A stretch of 64,000 nucleotides of DNA from a virus (taxonomy: Duplodnaviria > Caudoviricetes). Below are positions 1-8,691 of this stretch, piece after piece; within the stretch, counting starts at the first letter, position 1; each line of letters begins with the position of its first letter. The translations under genes were made by a program, and so were the position numbers. The DNA lies in IMG/VR virus record IMGVR_UViG_3300049043_000067, positions 269 to 64,268 of that record. One strand, written 5' to 3'. The notes beneath the pieces were generated by a model. The model ran no database searches. It was not told the DNA's origin and worked only from the letters and a program-made list of their open reading frames with translations.

Positions 1-177
1 CTTCTCGGCGTCGAAATCAAAGTATCTCCCGGCCGGTTTTCTCCGTCATCACCCTCGTTAGACAGGATCGTCCCGGATAAGGGCTATGTCCCGGGTAATG
101 TGATGGTTATAAGTTTCAGGGCCAACACGATAAAGAGCGATGCGGAACCCGATGAAGTTGTTTCTCATAGCGAATAA
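1..177 (+). CDS. C-terminal fragment of an HNH-like endonuclease (runs off the window start)
   Basis: Frame 1 translates as ...PSLDRIVPDKGYVPGNVMVISFRANTIKSD...*, the SLDRI-x4-GY-x2-GNV-x6-N-x2-K motif of phage HNH-like nucleases; absent from the ORF track because it lacks a start. Confidence 0.7.
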   Translation, partial: LLGVEIKVSPGRFSPSSPSLDRIVPDKGYVPGNVMVISFRANTIKSDAEPDEVVSHSE

Positions 178-201
178 CCTGCGGCGTATTTTGGGTGACA
201 A

Positions 202-687
202 ATGACACGTAAACCAACAGGCGAACCCATCGACACCGGCACCGCCGAGTTCAACCGTCGCCGTAAGGTGGTCCCTATCAAGATGCGGGCGAGCGTGCTG
301 GTCAGGGTGGTGGACAGCACCGCCATCGACCGGGCGCTGATGAACGCGCATGTCGATCCCGAACAGCACTCGGTACTGGTCGCATTCTCAAACGACTGTT
401 TCATCGCGAGCATGCTCGGGCCCCGGGCGCAGGACTACGGCAAGCCAATGGGGACCGGCGCGCGTCACGACATCGGCGAGCGCGAGGCAGCGGCGCGTCA
501 ACGTATCGGCCGGGCAATTGATCACGTGGACGCGACCAGCGGCAGGCCGGTGAGGGAGAGCCTCTTGCGGATGGTACTCGAAGACAGGGACATGCTGGCC
601 GCCGACGTCCTGTCAGTGGCGCTGTCTCTTGTTGAATTTTACAGAGGTCTCAGGCCGACCCCGCAACGGGCATCACAAGCAGGTTGA
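202..687 (+). CDS. hypothetical phage protein
   Basis: 161-aa ORF with globular composition; converges on the early operon. Confidence 0.55.
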   Translation: MTRKPTGEPIDTGTAEFNRRRKVVPIKMRASVLVRVVDSTAIDRALMNAHVDPEQHSVLVAFSNDCFIASMLGPRAQDYGKPMGTGARHDIGEREAAARQRIGRAIDHVDATSGRPVRESLLRMVLEDRDMLAADVLSVALSLVEFYRGLRPTPQRASQAG

Positions 688-1108
688 ACAGGTCTTTGCT
701 GGCCTCGACCTCGTTCGGGTCGGCACCGATCTCATCCAGCTTGATCAGCGCGCCGTCATAGATCAGGCCGGGCACGTCGAGTTCCCCGGATCCACCCCGC
801 AGCGCCGCGTCCCAGAACATGCGTGTCTGGAGAACCACGGACCCGATGCTCCCGATCTCCAGTGACTTGTCACAGAGTTCTGTGGTGGCGCAGTCGTTGA
901 CGGTCTTGACGCACGCGTCGTGTTCGGGCGTGCCGGGAACACGACAGCGGTGGTCCTTGCTTTCGAGCGTGTTGCGTGTGTGTAAAGTTATTCCGACAAT
1001 CCATTTGGCCAGAAACGTGCAGGCCTCGATGTAGATATACCCGGGCTGGCCGGGAACCGCGCGCTTGATGGCCCGGCGTAGCTTTGTGATTGTGATTTTC
1101 TTCGGCAT
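650..1108 (-). CDS. hypothetical protein (early operon)
   Basis: 152-aa ORF on the same strand as its neighbours. Confidence 0.55.
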   Translation of the reverse strand: MPKKITITKLRRAIKRAVPGQPGYIYIEACTFLAKWIVGITLHTRNTLESKDHRCRVPGTPEHDACVKTVNDCATTELCDKSLEIGSIGSVVLQTRMFWDAALRGGSGELDVPGLIYDGALIKLDEIGADPNEVEASKDLFNLLVMPVAGSA

Positions 1109-1150
1109 GCGCGTGACCCGGGCCGGTGGATCCGACCCGGGCCATTATGA

Positions 1151-1489
1151 TTAGTTCGTGCGCCGTTTCAAGGCGGCGACTTCGTGCATGTAGTGGGTGA
1201 CGTGCTCCGGGCTGAGCCAGCCCAGAACGTCGTCAACCTGAACGGCATGCCCGTCGGGGTGCTTCAGCGTCTGGTCGTAGCACAGGCTGTAGTCCAGCCC
1301 GACGCTGCGCAGGATTGCCAGCTCGTAGAACCCATCGGGTCCGCCGTATGAGTTCGGCCCACGGATGACGCTGACGGCATAGCCGTTGTCGAACTTATGG
1401 ATCGCCCGCTCGCCGCTAGGGTCGGCGGGGTGCCTGCTGAATGTAAGTGTCTGAAAGCTCGGCCTCGAAGTCTGCTTCACGTCGGTCAT
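1151..1489 (-). CDS. conserved phage hypothetical protein
   Basis: Motif FDNGYAVSVIRGPNSYGG..GFYELAIL resembles a recurrent small phage protein; GGAGGAG RBS before the ATG at 1489. Confidence 0.7.
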   Translation of the reverse strand: MTDVKQTSRPSFQTLTFSRHPADPSGERAIHKFDNGYAVSVIRGPNSYGGPDGFYELAILRSVGLDYSLCYDQTLKHPDGHAVQVDDVLGWLSPEHVTHYMHEVAALKRRTN

Positions 1490-1867
1490 TGTACTCCTCC
1501 ACTGTCTCAAGATTTTCGTAGTAATAAATCACGTCATCGACTGCCTTGATGGTCGAGCCGACCATCGAGATAAACACGGCAGCGATGAAGCAGATCAGCA
1601 CGCACCAGAGCATGCCGCCCGCCACCGAATCCCAGAAGCGATCCATCAGGGACCGCCTCCCCCAGCCACCGCGGGGACGCTTGATGGCCCGGCTCACTGC
1701 GTGCCTGCCACAACGAACAGGATGAACAGCGCGACGATCATGTCGAAGATGAACGCGATAACCCCGAAGGTGATCCAGTAAATCTGTTTGATCTTTCTCA
1801 TTCTTTCTCTCCTCTGCGCCGCTTGATCGCGGCTTTGTGTTTGTACCGTACATAAATTAACAACAGG

Positions 1868-2050
1868 CTAACGGGCCGGGACCACCCGGCAAGTAAATGG
1901 CAGGCGCAGGGTGGCTGCGACCCGCCCGGCTAGGTCTTCGCTGGCGAAGGCGTTGACTGTTGCCCGTTTCGCGAGCGCCTCCCGGATCAGTGTGGCCTGC
2001 GCGGCCTGCCGCTCGGGCGGGATGCCCGCCTCTGGTTGTAGTGTGAACAT
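1868..2050 (-). CDS. small hypothetical protein
   Basis: GGAGG RBS then ATG at 2050; 60 aa. Confidence 0.4.
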   Translation of the reverse strand: MFTLQPEAGIPPERQAAQATLIREALAKRATVNAFASEDLAGRVAATLRLPFTCRVVPAR

Positions 2051-2060
2051 TAACCCTCCC

Positions 2061-2086
2061 AAAAAAGAGGGGGCGCTAGCCCCCTC
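2061..2086 (-). terminator. intrinsic terminator
   Basis: Minus strand GAGGGGGC-tagc-GCCCCCTC followed by TTTTTT, just after the stop at 2094. Confidence 0.75.
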
Positions 2087-2093
2087 GTCGCTG

Positions 2094-2321
2094 TCAGAAG
2101 TAGAGCGGGGTGCACCGCTGTGTCGTCGCCTCGAAGGGCAACTTCATTGCCCTGATCGCCGCCTTCGCTGCGGCCTCCGTCTTGTATTGGTTGCGCCGCC
2201 CCTTTGCTTTGTGCCGGGCACCGATCTCGGCCTGTTGCTCGGCACGTTCCGCCTTCCGGCTGTATTCCTGAAAAGAAATCGGGCTCTCGATCCTGAAGAA
2301 GTCGCGTCCTGCATTGATCAT
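2094..2321 (-). CDS. small hypothetical protein
   Basis: GGAGG RBS and ATG at 2321 within ORF 2094..2393. Confidence 0.55.
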   Translation of the reverse strand: MINAGRDFFRIESPISFQEYSRKAERAEQQAEIGARHKAKGRRNQYKTEAAAKAAIRAMKLPFEATTQRCTPLYF

Positions 2322-2485
2322 GTGGTCCTCCGTTGGTCTCGTCACGAGACCCCTGAAATGTAAACAACTAATTGCCAAAAGTAAACAGGACAAATTGTCG
2401 CAGGTAGATCATGTTTGAGTGAAACGTGACAGGGATTTCCGTCACGTCTCGTTAGTATTAATACTTTCGAGAGCCGCCGCCGGTG

Positions 2486-3169
2486 TTACCGGGTCAGCTT
2501 TCTCGTGCCGTGGATCACGACCTGCCGCGCGGTCCAGCTCAGCGCGGTCTCTGGCTTCGCGCCGAAGCCCCGGATATTCGTGCCCCGGTACCGGCCGACG
2601 TACCCGGTCTGCGGCGTGTGCTTGTTGGCCCCGCTCTCGTGGTAAATAATTTCGAAAAGGTCGTACTCCCCGATCTGGTCAACGAGCTTAGCGCGCGCGA
2701 TGAACCGGCGACCGATGACCCCGCCGCCCACGGCTTCGGCGTGCTGCTTCCAGAGCACGCTGATGTTGCACACGGATCCGGGTCTGGTTGATGGCAGGAT
2801 GCCGGAGTGCTTGCCTAGCGCGACGTCAACCATCACATCGGCCGCATGCCGCGCGTCGAGGATCCTGTCGGCGACGGGGTTGTACACGGCGCGCTCGCGC
2901 AGGATCGCGCGCGACCGCCGGATGGTTTCGCGGCAGCCCCAGATCAACTTCAGGCACCCCTTAAACCACGACTGATCGTGATCAGGCAGCGGCGGCCAGT
3001 AATCGAGGTCAGTGAACTCATACCCACTCGATGACGCCGTAATGTTCTTCTTGAACGCATCCCGGAACCGGCGGACATCCTCGCTGGGTAGTTGCTGGGT
3101 GATGACATTGAGCTGGGTCCGGATCTTGTTTTTCAGTGACCGGATGGCATTCACGTTGTTGAGGCTCAT
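2486..3169 (-). CDS. hypothetical protein (early operon)
   Basis: 227-aa ORF with AGGAGA RBS. Confidence 0.7.
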   Translation of the reverse strand: MSLNNVNAIRSLKNKIRTQLNVITQQLPSEDVRRFRDAFKKNITASSSGYEFTDLDYWPPLPDHDQSWFKGCLKLIWGCRETIRRSRAILRERAVYNPVADRILDARHAADVMVDVALGKHSGILPSTRPGSVCNISVLWKQHAEAVGGGVIGRRFIARAKLVDQIGEYDLFEIIYHESGANKHTPQTGYVGRYRGTNIRGFGAKPETALSWTARQVVIHGTRKLTR

Positions 3170-3214
3170 TGGTGTCTCCTGTTTTTGTTAGATGTTACGA
3201 TCATTTTTTAGCGT

Positions 3215-3268
3215 GCTGCGAGCGCAGCGGATGGGGCAGGGAGTTACCCTGCCCACACCGCTAGGCTC
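3215..3268 (-). ncRNA. repeated intergenic RNA hairpin motif A, copy 3
   Basis: GAGCCUAGCGG-[GGGCAGGG/CCCUGCCC]-CCGCUGCGCUC-GCAGC; same architecture as the copies at 4694 and 6863, with compensatory changes. Confidence 0.7.
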
Positions 3269-4679
3269 AGATGTCGGCCGTGTTGATAGTGATCACGGTG
3301 CCGTAGGAGGGCTGTTGCGCACAACCCGTGCGGGCATCGACGGCGACCCAGATCAGGTCACGGTCGAAGTCAGGTGCGGGCGGGATGCCTGCTTCGAGAT
3401 CCGTGAACACCAGCACCCGGTCACCCGGCAGCCAGTGCTCTGCGGCGAAGCTAAGCGCCGCGTGGAACGAGGTGCCACCGCCAGCCTCGTAGCGGTACTC
3501 GATCAGCTCGCCGGGCCCGAAGACCTCGGGCTCGTGTACGTTGTGATCGAATGGCGCGACGATGACGCTATCGGGAGAACGTCTCGCCGATGATGGCGTT
3601 CAGCTCAGCGACGTAGGCGTGCGTCACTGCCTCGCTGATTGATCCTGACTTGTCGATCAGGACGATCAGCTTGCCAACCCCATCGCGTACCGGGGCAGGC
3701 ATGCGCCACGTGCTCAGGCGGCGCGGCAGCCGGGCGTAGGTGTATTCCCGGATGTTCGCGCCCTTGCTCAGCGTGTTGCGCAGCACCGCGCGCCAGTCCA
3801 CCCGGCTCGTGGACAGGTTGGAGACAGCCTTGCGCAGGCTGTCGCTGGCGGTCCCTGCCATCGTCGCCTCGTGCAGGGCGCGCTGCGTCAGCTCGGCGGC
3901 CTCGGCGATCACGCGGTCAGCCTCCTCATCGGAGACGTCGGCGGGCTCGACCTGACCCCAGCCCTGAGCGAGACCAGCCAGAGGATCCTGTGGTTTGTCA
4001 CCGGAACCTTCGGGCTGCTTGTCGTCCGGCGCAGAACCCTCACCTTTGCCGCCGGGCTGTTCGCCGTCGGGCTCCGGCGCAGAACCCTCGCCTTTGCCGC
4101 CGGGCTGTTCGCCCTCGGGCTTGTCCTCGGGCTTGTCCTCGGGCTTGCTCTCGGGCTTGCTCGGCGGCGCGTCTTCCTGCATCGCGTTGTAGATTTCTTC
4201 CCACGACGCGTGCCGCAGGGCCTCGATGCGTGCGGCGGGCCACTTCAGCTCGGCCCCGACCTTGTCGATGGTGACGCAGTCAGCCGGTGGCCGACCGACA
4301 CCGTCGTCGATCAGGATCTGGTTGATTGCGCAGTCCATCGCGATGTTGCACCGTGTCCTGTCGCGGTTACCGAACCTCACGTGATGCGCGAGCAGCGGGT
4401 GGAAGGCCTCGTGGGCCAGTACGAATTTACGCTCTTGCGGCGTCAGTGTTTCGAACCACGCCTCGCAGACGTACAGGTTCGCCTTCTCGTCTACGCCCGC
4501 CGTCCCCTCGGGCAGCGTGATGATCTCGCGCTGCATCAGGGCGGATGCGTAGAACCCGTGATCCCGCATGAGCTGGACCAGCGTGGCTCTCGACCGGCGC
4601 GAGGTTGCGCTGGCCGATCACGGTGCTGGTAATTTTTCGGCGGAACTGTATCAGCCGCCGCTGGATTGTAGCTTGTCAT
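3267..4679 (-). CDS. DUF2201-like metallopeptidase + vWA domain protein (frameshifted near 4600 and 3570)
   Basis: HEAFH zincin motif, NIAMD..IN, acidic Pro/Gly linker, IDKSGSI MIDAS motif; C-terminal GGGT and VFTDL lie in the shifted frame. Confidence 0.85.
4025..4113. repeat. 41-bp direct repeat (48-bp period) in the vWA-protein linker
   Basis: tccggcgcagaaccctc(a/g)cctttgccgccgggctgttcgcc at 4025 and 4073, encoding GEQPGGKGEGSAP twice. Confidence 0.85.
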
Positions 4680-4693
4680 TGTAGCCTCCTTTA

Positions 4694-4750
4694 GCTGCTA
4701 GTGCAGCGGGGAAGGCCCGCCTCGCGGCGGGCCCTCTGGCGCTAAACTAG
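4694..4750 (-). ncRNA. repeated intergenic RNA hairpin motif A, copy 2
   Basis: CUAGUUUAGCG-cca-GAGGGCCCGCC-gcga-GGCGGGCCUUC-cc-CGCUGCACUAG-CAGC. Confidence 0.75.
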
Positions 4751-5787
4751 GCGGACGTTTCCGGCGTTGAGCCAGTCACGGTAGGCCTGATGCTGAACGT
4801 AGTGCTGCTTCTCAGCGTCAGGTGCGGCGGCGTCGCGGTTCACGAGACTTTTTACGAAAAATATCTCGATCTCCTTGCTGGGCAGCCGCGACACGAACTT
4901 CAGTGCGTTGCCGAAGGTCCGGCGGTCAACGAGCTGGCTCAGCAACAGCGCAGTCACGTACTGAAGCTCGCGGCGCTCAGGCACGGCCACCGCGTCGGGC
5001 GTGGTCAGGATCTCCCGGACGTTGCCGATCTGGCTCCTGAGCTTACGGAAGCCGTTGAACGCGGCCGCCTGTTCGACACCGACCTGCCCGGCGATTGCCT
5101 CTGCCTCGATCTCATACGGCAGGCCGAGACCCACCGTCTGGGACACCGCGTCCCAGCTCCGCGGCGTGGGGTTAACATCGCGCTGCGGGTCGTAATTGTG
5201 CAGGGCCTTCTCGCCCGCATAGTCTATGTAAAACGTCACCGCTGGGTCGATCCCGGCCCCGGCAGCGTGCTCGACCCAGTCATCCTTGCCCACCTGCAGG
5301 CCCACAACCGTCAGGCGGTTGAGGTACTGGCCGGGCAGACGCGTCGAACCAGCGCGCGATTTCGCCGGGTTCCACGCCGAGACGATGGTCGTGAACCGTC
5401 CGATTTCGTGGTCACCTGCACGGCGGTCGAGGTGCAGGTTGGCGCAGGCGTTCTGCATCGACAGATGGGCCTGCCCGATTTCGTCGAGAAGCAGGACCCG
5501 CTTGTCGTCGCCTTCCGGCAGGAAGCGCGGGCGAAGCCACCCGGCATACTGACCGTCTGCGAACATGCCACCCGACAGGTCCGTCGGGTCGCGCATGCTG
5601 GCGAGGAAGGTCTGGGTGTATACCCGGACTTGCGGGCGGCCTGAGCCACCAGCGACGACTTGCCGATGCCCGGCTCACCCTCGACGCCGACGCGGATGTA
5701 ATCCAGCGCCGGGCCATTGCGCAGGGCGACCTGCTCGTTGTGCCGGATGACGCTGGTGAGGAACGCAGTGAAAGCCTTAGGACGCAT
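4742..5787 (-). CDS. MoxR-type AAA+ ATPase (frameshift near 5600-5640)
   Basis: Walker A GEPGIGKS (ORF 5311..5787); Walker B LLLDEI, sensor N and TPRSW (ORF 4742..5596); adjacent to the vWA gene. Confidence 0.9.
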
Positions 5788-5819
5788 TGCTTAGTCTCCT
5801 TTTTGTTTCTGTGATGTTC

Positions 5820-5874
5820 GGCCATCATCAGGCTGCACGTTATGCAGCGACCGGATTAACATCCGGTTTCGGCC
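5820..5874 (-). ncRNA. hammerhead ribozyme, type II
   Basis: Minus strand GGCC-GAAA-CCGGAU(guua)AUCCGG-UC^-GCUGCA(uaacg)UGCAGC-CUGAUGA-u-GGCC; complete core with one extra U; GUC site, cleavage predicted between 5849 and 5848. Confidence 0.9.
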
Positions 5875-5945
5875 TTGTAAATTAGTGACTTCCGTCTGTC
5901 AACTCAGGCGGGGATAAGGTGGAGAGGTCACCCTCCCCACCGCGA

Positions 5946-6845
5946 TTACCTGAGGAGCGCCGACATCAGTCCCGACGCTTTGGTAAGTGCATCTGTCCGG
6001 ATAGTATCGGACAGTTTCAGGTGCTCGGCGTCTACCGCGCCCAGCGCTTCCATCTCGGCGCAGACCTTGTCAAACTCCGCGTCACCCAGAAAATTGAGCG
6101 ACCGGCATATCCCAGCAATCTCACGGACATTGCTGACCGTAGACTGCCAGAACGCGCCCTCGGTCCGGATCCCGGACGGCGCGGTCGGATCCGCCACCTG
6201 CTTGTACCGGCCGACCGCCTCGACAAAGCGCTGCAGGACCGCAATGGCGCGGTCCCGGGCGTCTTGCTGGCTTTCCCTGAAGGTTGCCCTCGATCTCAGC
6301 CTGCAGGTCCAGCCGCATCGCGGCAGCCTCATCGGCAGCCAGCGCAAGGCGGAAGTCTTCGTCAACGTCGGCGACGGGCATGAACCCGACGCGGCAGTCG
6401 AACAGGCTGCGCACCTGATCTTCGTCCGGCCATTGGTGTCCGACGTAGGACTGCAGCCCGTTCAGCCGTGCGATGGCCTCGGCGCGGATCGTCGCATACT
6501 GGCCGACGAAGCGGTCAACCGTGGCCCTCCCATTCGCCGACGGCAGCGGCCAGTTCCGCCTCCACCTGCTTCACCGCGGGCATAGGGCAGGATCCTCACA
6601 CCGGCGGCTGCCCACGGCGCGCTGTAGTGTTCAACGACGCGGCGCACACGCTGGGCGTGCTTCGCGAGGGGCTTGAGGTAGTCCTCAGGTACCAGCCGCA
6701 CGACCGCGTTGACGGTGCGGTCGGAGGCTCCCTTGTCCCGCCTCGACCTCGGCGGACAGGCCGCGCGATGTCTTTTTGAAGGACGGGGTTCTCGATGCGC
6801 GACGTACACAAGGCACGCGCGCGACTGCAGGTCCATCTTTGTCAT
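5946..6845 (-). CDS. DUF3150-like protein (several frameshifts)
   Basis: Fragments ...HYSAPW...GVRILP..., ...FMPVAD..DFR..., ...LNFLGDAEF...LKLSDTIR; sits directly upstream of MoxR/vWA, a typical context for this family. Confidence 0.65.
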
Positions 6846-6862
6846 GTCTTAGTCTCTCATTG

Positions 6863-6921
6863 GCTGCGCTAGTGCAGCGGGGAAGGCCCGCCCTAAGGCA
6901 GGCCCTCTGACGCTAGACTAG
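6863..6921 (-). ncRNA. repeated intergenic RNA hairpin motif A, copy 1
   Basis: CUAGUCUAGCG-uca-GAGGGCCUGCC-uuag-GGCGGGCCUUC-cc-CGCUGCACUAG-CGCAGC. Confidence 0.75.
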
Positions 6922-7236
6922 CTCACGAGATCGACCCACGAGGTATCGACCGCGTTGCGTTGCTTTTCGATTTCGATATGCGCGGCGCGCAGGTCGATGA
7001 AGCGTGCGGCGTCTGCCAGCACGTCACGGCGGGATGTCCCCGGGTCCAGTACTGAGATGAAATGACCGGCCTTGTCGTGCACCCGGCCGCGCCAGCACGG
7101 CGCGCGTGTGTTGGATCCACCGGCCCCGGCTGACACCTGTGAAGGTGTCAACGCCTCGCCAGACGGTCACGACGCAGTCGCCGATGATGGCCTTGTAGGT
7201 GTCGGTTGCCACCTTCGTCACTGGTATTTTCGTCAT
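6918..7236 (-). CDS. hypothetical protein (one frameshift)
   Basis: AAGGAGA RBS and ATG at 7236; appears to continue into ORF 6918..7151. Confidence 0.55.
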
Positions 7237-7255
7237 GTTTGTCTCCTTGTTTGTT

Positions 7256-7309
7256 GGTCTCATCAGGCAGCGCCTTACGCTGCGACCGGGTTAAGCCCCG
7301 GTTTCGACC
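7256..7309 (-). ncRNA. hammerhead ribozyme, type II
   Basis: Minus strand GGUC-GAAA-CCGGG(gcuuaa)CCCGG-UC^-GCAGCG(uaagg)CGCUGC-CUGAUGA-GACC; perfect core; cleavage predicted between 7284 and 7283. Confidence 0.95.
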
Positions 7310-7548
7310 TTGTATGCAGCCACCTGCAGGACGGCGGCCTTTCTTTCGCCTCTGGCAAGATACTGAGCCTCCTCAGGCTCCTCAGTCAGGAATGCCTCCC
7401 GGATGTCGGTCGTGAACACGTTGTAGTTGGTCAGGTAGTGCGGCACGCCGCCGATCTTTTTCGTGATCGCGTATTGCCACCGTACCCCGGCGGCACAGGC
7501 TGCTTCGATCAGTGCGACGGCCAGAAAAATTGTTCCGTTGTTTTGCAT
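7291..7548 (-). CDS. hypothetical protein, first gene of the early operon
   Basis: 85 aa with GGAGA RBS; its stop codon lies in the stem III loop of the hammerhead at 7256-7309. Confidence 0.65.
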   Translation of the reverse strand: MQNNGTIFLAVALIEAACAAGVRWQYAITKKIGGVPHYLTNYNVFTTDIREAFLTEEPEEAQYLARGERKAAVLQVAAYKVETGA

Positions 7549-7560
7549 TTTCGTCTCCGT

Positions 7561-7612
7561 TGGTTTCGACCTGCCTCGGTCTCATCAGGCACGCGGCATC
7601 AGCGTGCTACCA
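7561..7612 (-). ncRNA. hammerhead ribozyme, type III
   Basis: Minus strand UGG-UA^-GCACGC(ugaugcc)GCGUGC-CUGAUGA-GACC(gaggca)GGUC-GAAA-CCA; loop1 UGCC is complementary to loop2 GGCA; cleavage predicted between 7608 and 7607. Confidence 0.9.
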
Positions 7613-7896
7613 GCCCAGCCGCCTTTGGAGCGGCTGGTACCCCTGCGGCGAGCCGGGCATTGCACGACGTCTGTGCAATCTCCCCGGCGACTTATGCCCC
7701 TCGTTTCCGTGGGCTGCGCGCAACACCGGAGAACCGGTGGCAGGTGGCTTTCCGCAGGTGACTCTCGCGTGCCTCTCGGCAGGCTTTCCCCCTGGTGGGT
7801 GCAGGCTCGCGTGGGATCCACGGTCTCGGCCAACCCTAGCTGCAACCCGGTCCCTGTAATCCCGCCTGTCGGCTAAACAGTCCGTCGCTGCAACGA
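7608..7896 (-). ncRNA. ~290-nt structured leader RNA of the early operon
   Basis: No credible ORF; many nested stems (UGCC-gaga-GGCA, CACCGG/CCGGUG, AUUGCAC/GUGCAAU within GCCGGG/CCCGGC, CCUGCGG/CCGCAGG, CCAGCCGC/GCGGCUGG) between the promoter and the hammerhead. Confidence 0.6.
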
Positions 7897-7902
7897 GATC
7901 AG

Positions 7903-7931
7903 AACTTAGGGCAGGTCTTGCCAAAACTCAA
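7903..7931 (-). promoter_or_regulatory. sigma70-type promoter of the early operon
   Basis: TTGAGT-17bp-TAAGTT on the minus strand. Confidence 0.55.
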
Positions 7932-8084
7932 CAGGGTATAGATGCGGCAGGGTGTCGCACCCCTGTGCAGGTCTGGAATGTCAGTGAAATCAGACAGATA
8001 CCAATGGAACGACCGCGCGGGGCGGGGTATGCTGCGCAGGTAAACGCTGGCCGGGACAGGCAGCGCAGGCAGATGAGGTGCAGG

Positions 8085-8691
8085 ATGACAGCGCGGAAAC
8101 GCAGGCAGGACGCGGCAGACAGGCTGCAGGGGATCGTGGATGATGCTAGCAACAAGTTACTAGTACTGAAGGGGCCAAAGCGACGGCTCACTGGAGCCGG
8201 AGCGCGAGACATTGAGGGGCAACCCGTCAACCTAGGCAACCTCACGGCAAGGCAGGAAGTGATGGCTGAGGCAGTAGCCAGCGGCCGGACAGGCATCGAC
8301 GCCTACCGCGATCGCGTTTGATTGCCCGACAGCCAGCGACAAGACGGTGGGCAGGAAGGTGAGCAGCCTAATGGGTAAGCCAGCCTTCAGGCAGGCTGTG
8401 GAGCGGCACAGGCAGCGGATAGCAGAAGAGTATCAGCGGGTGTTCCATCGGACCGCGCGCGACATCACGGCGGCGTTGTGGCGGGAAGCGGAGAGCGGGG
8501 AAAATGGCGGAGCGGTGCGGGTGCGAGCGCTTGAACTACTGGGGAAGGATCGGGGCATGTTCTCCGAAAAGGCGCAGAAATCCGAGGGTAAAACGCTTTC
8601 GAGTGAGGAAGTGGAGCAGCAGATTCGGGGAATGTTGGAGACGTATCTCGGAGGAAATGCCTTGATTATCAACGACTTAGAGAAGAAGTGA
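8085..8691 (+). CDS. terS: terminase small subunit (frameshift near 8315)
   Basis: LTARQEVMAEAVASG..GIDAYR HTH start and RVRALELLGK..GMF.EK C-terminal motif typical of TerS. Confidence 0.75.

Noticed and set aside
2421-2470. GAAA-GUA(uuaa)UAC-UA followed by a 12-bp hairpin, like half of a type II hammerhead
   Set aside because: No CUGANGA follows the hairpin; at most a degenerate relic or an ordinary hairpin plus the AGTATTAATACT palindrome
5874-5902. TTGACA-17bp-TACAAG as an internal promoter starting inside the hammerhead
   Set aside because: The -10 is weak and TACAAG is also present in the paralogous ribozyme at 7309-7314, so it is better explained as part of the RNA motif; not excluded
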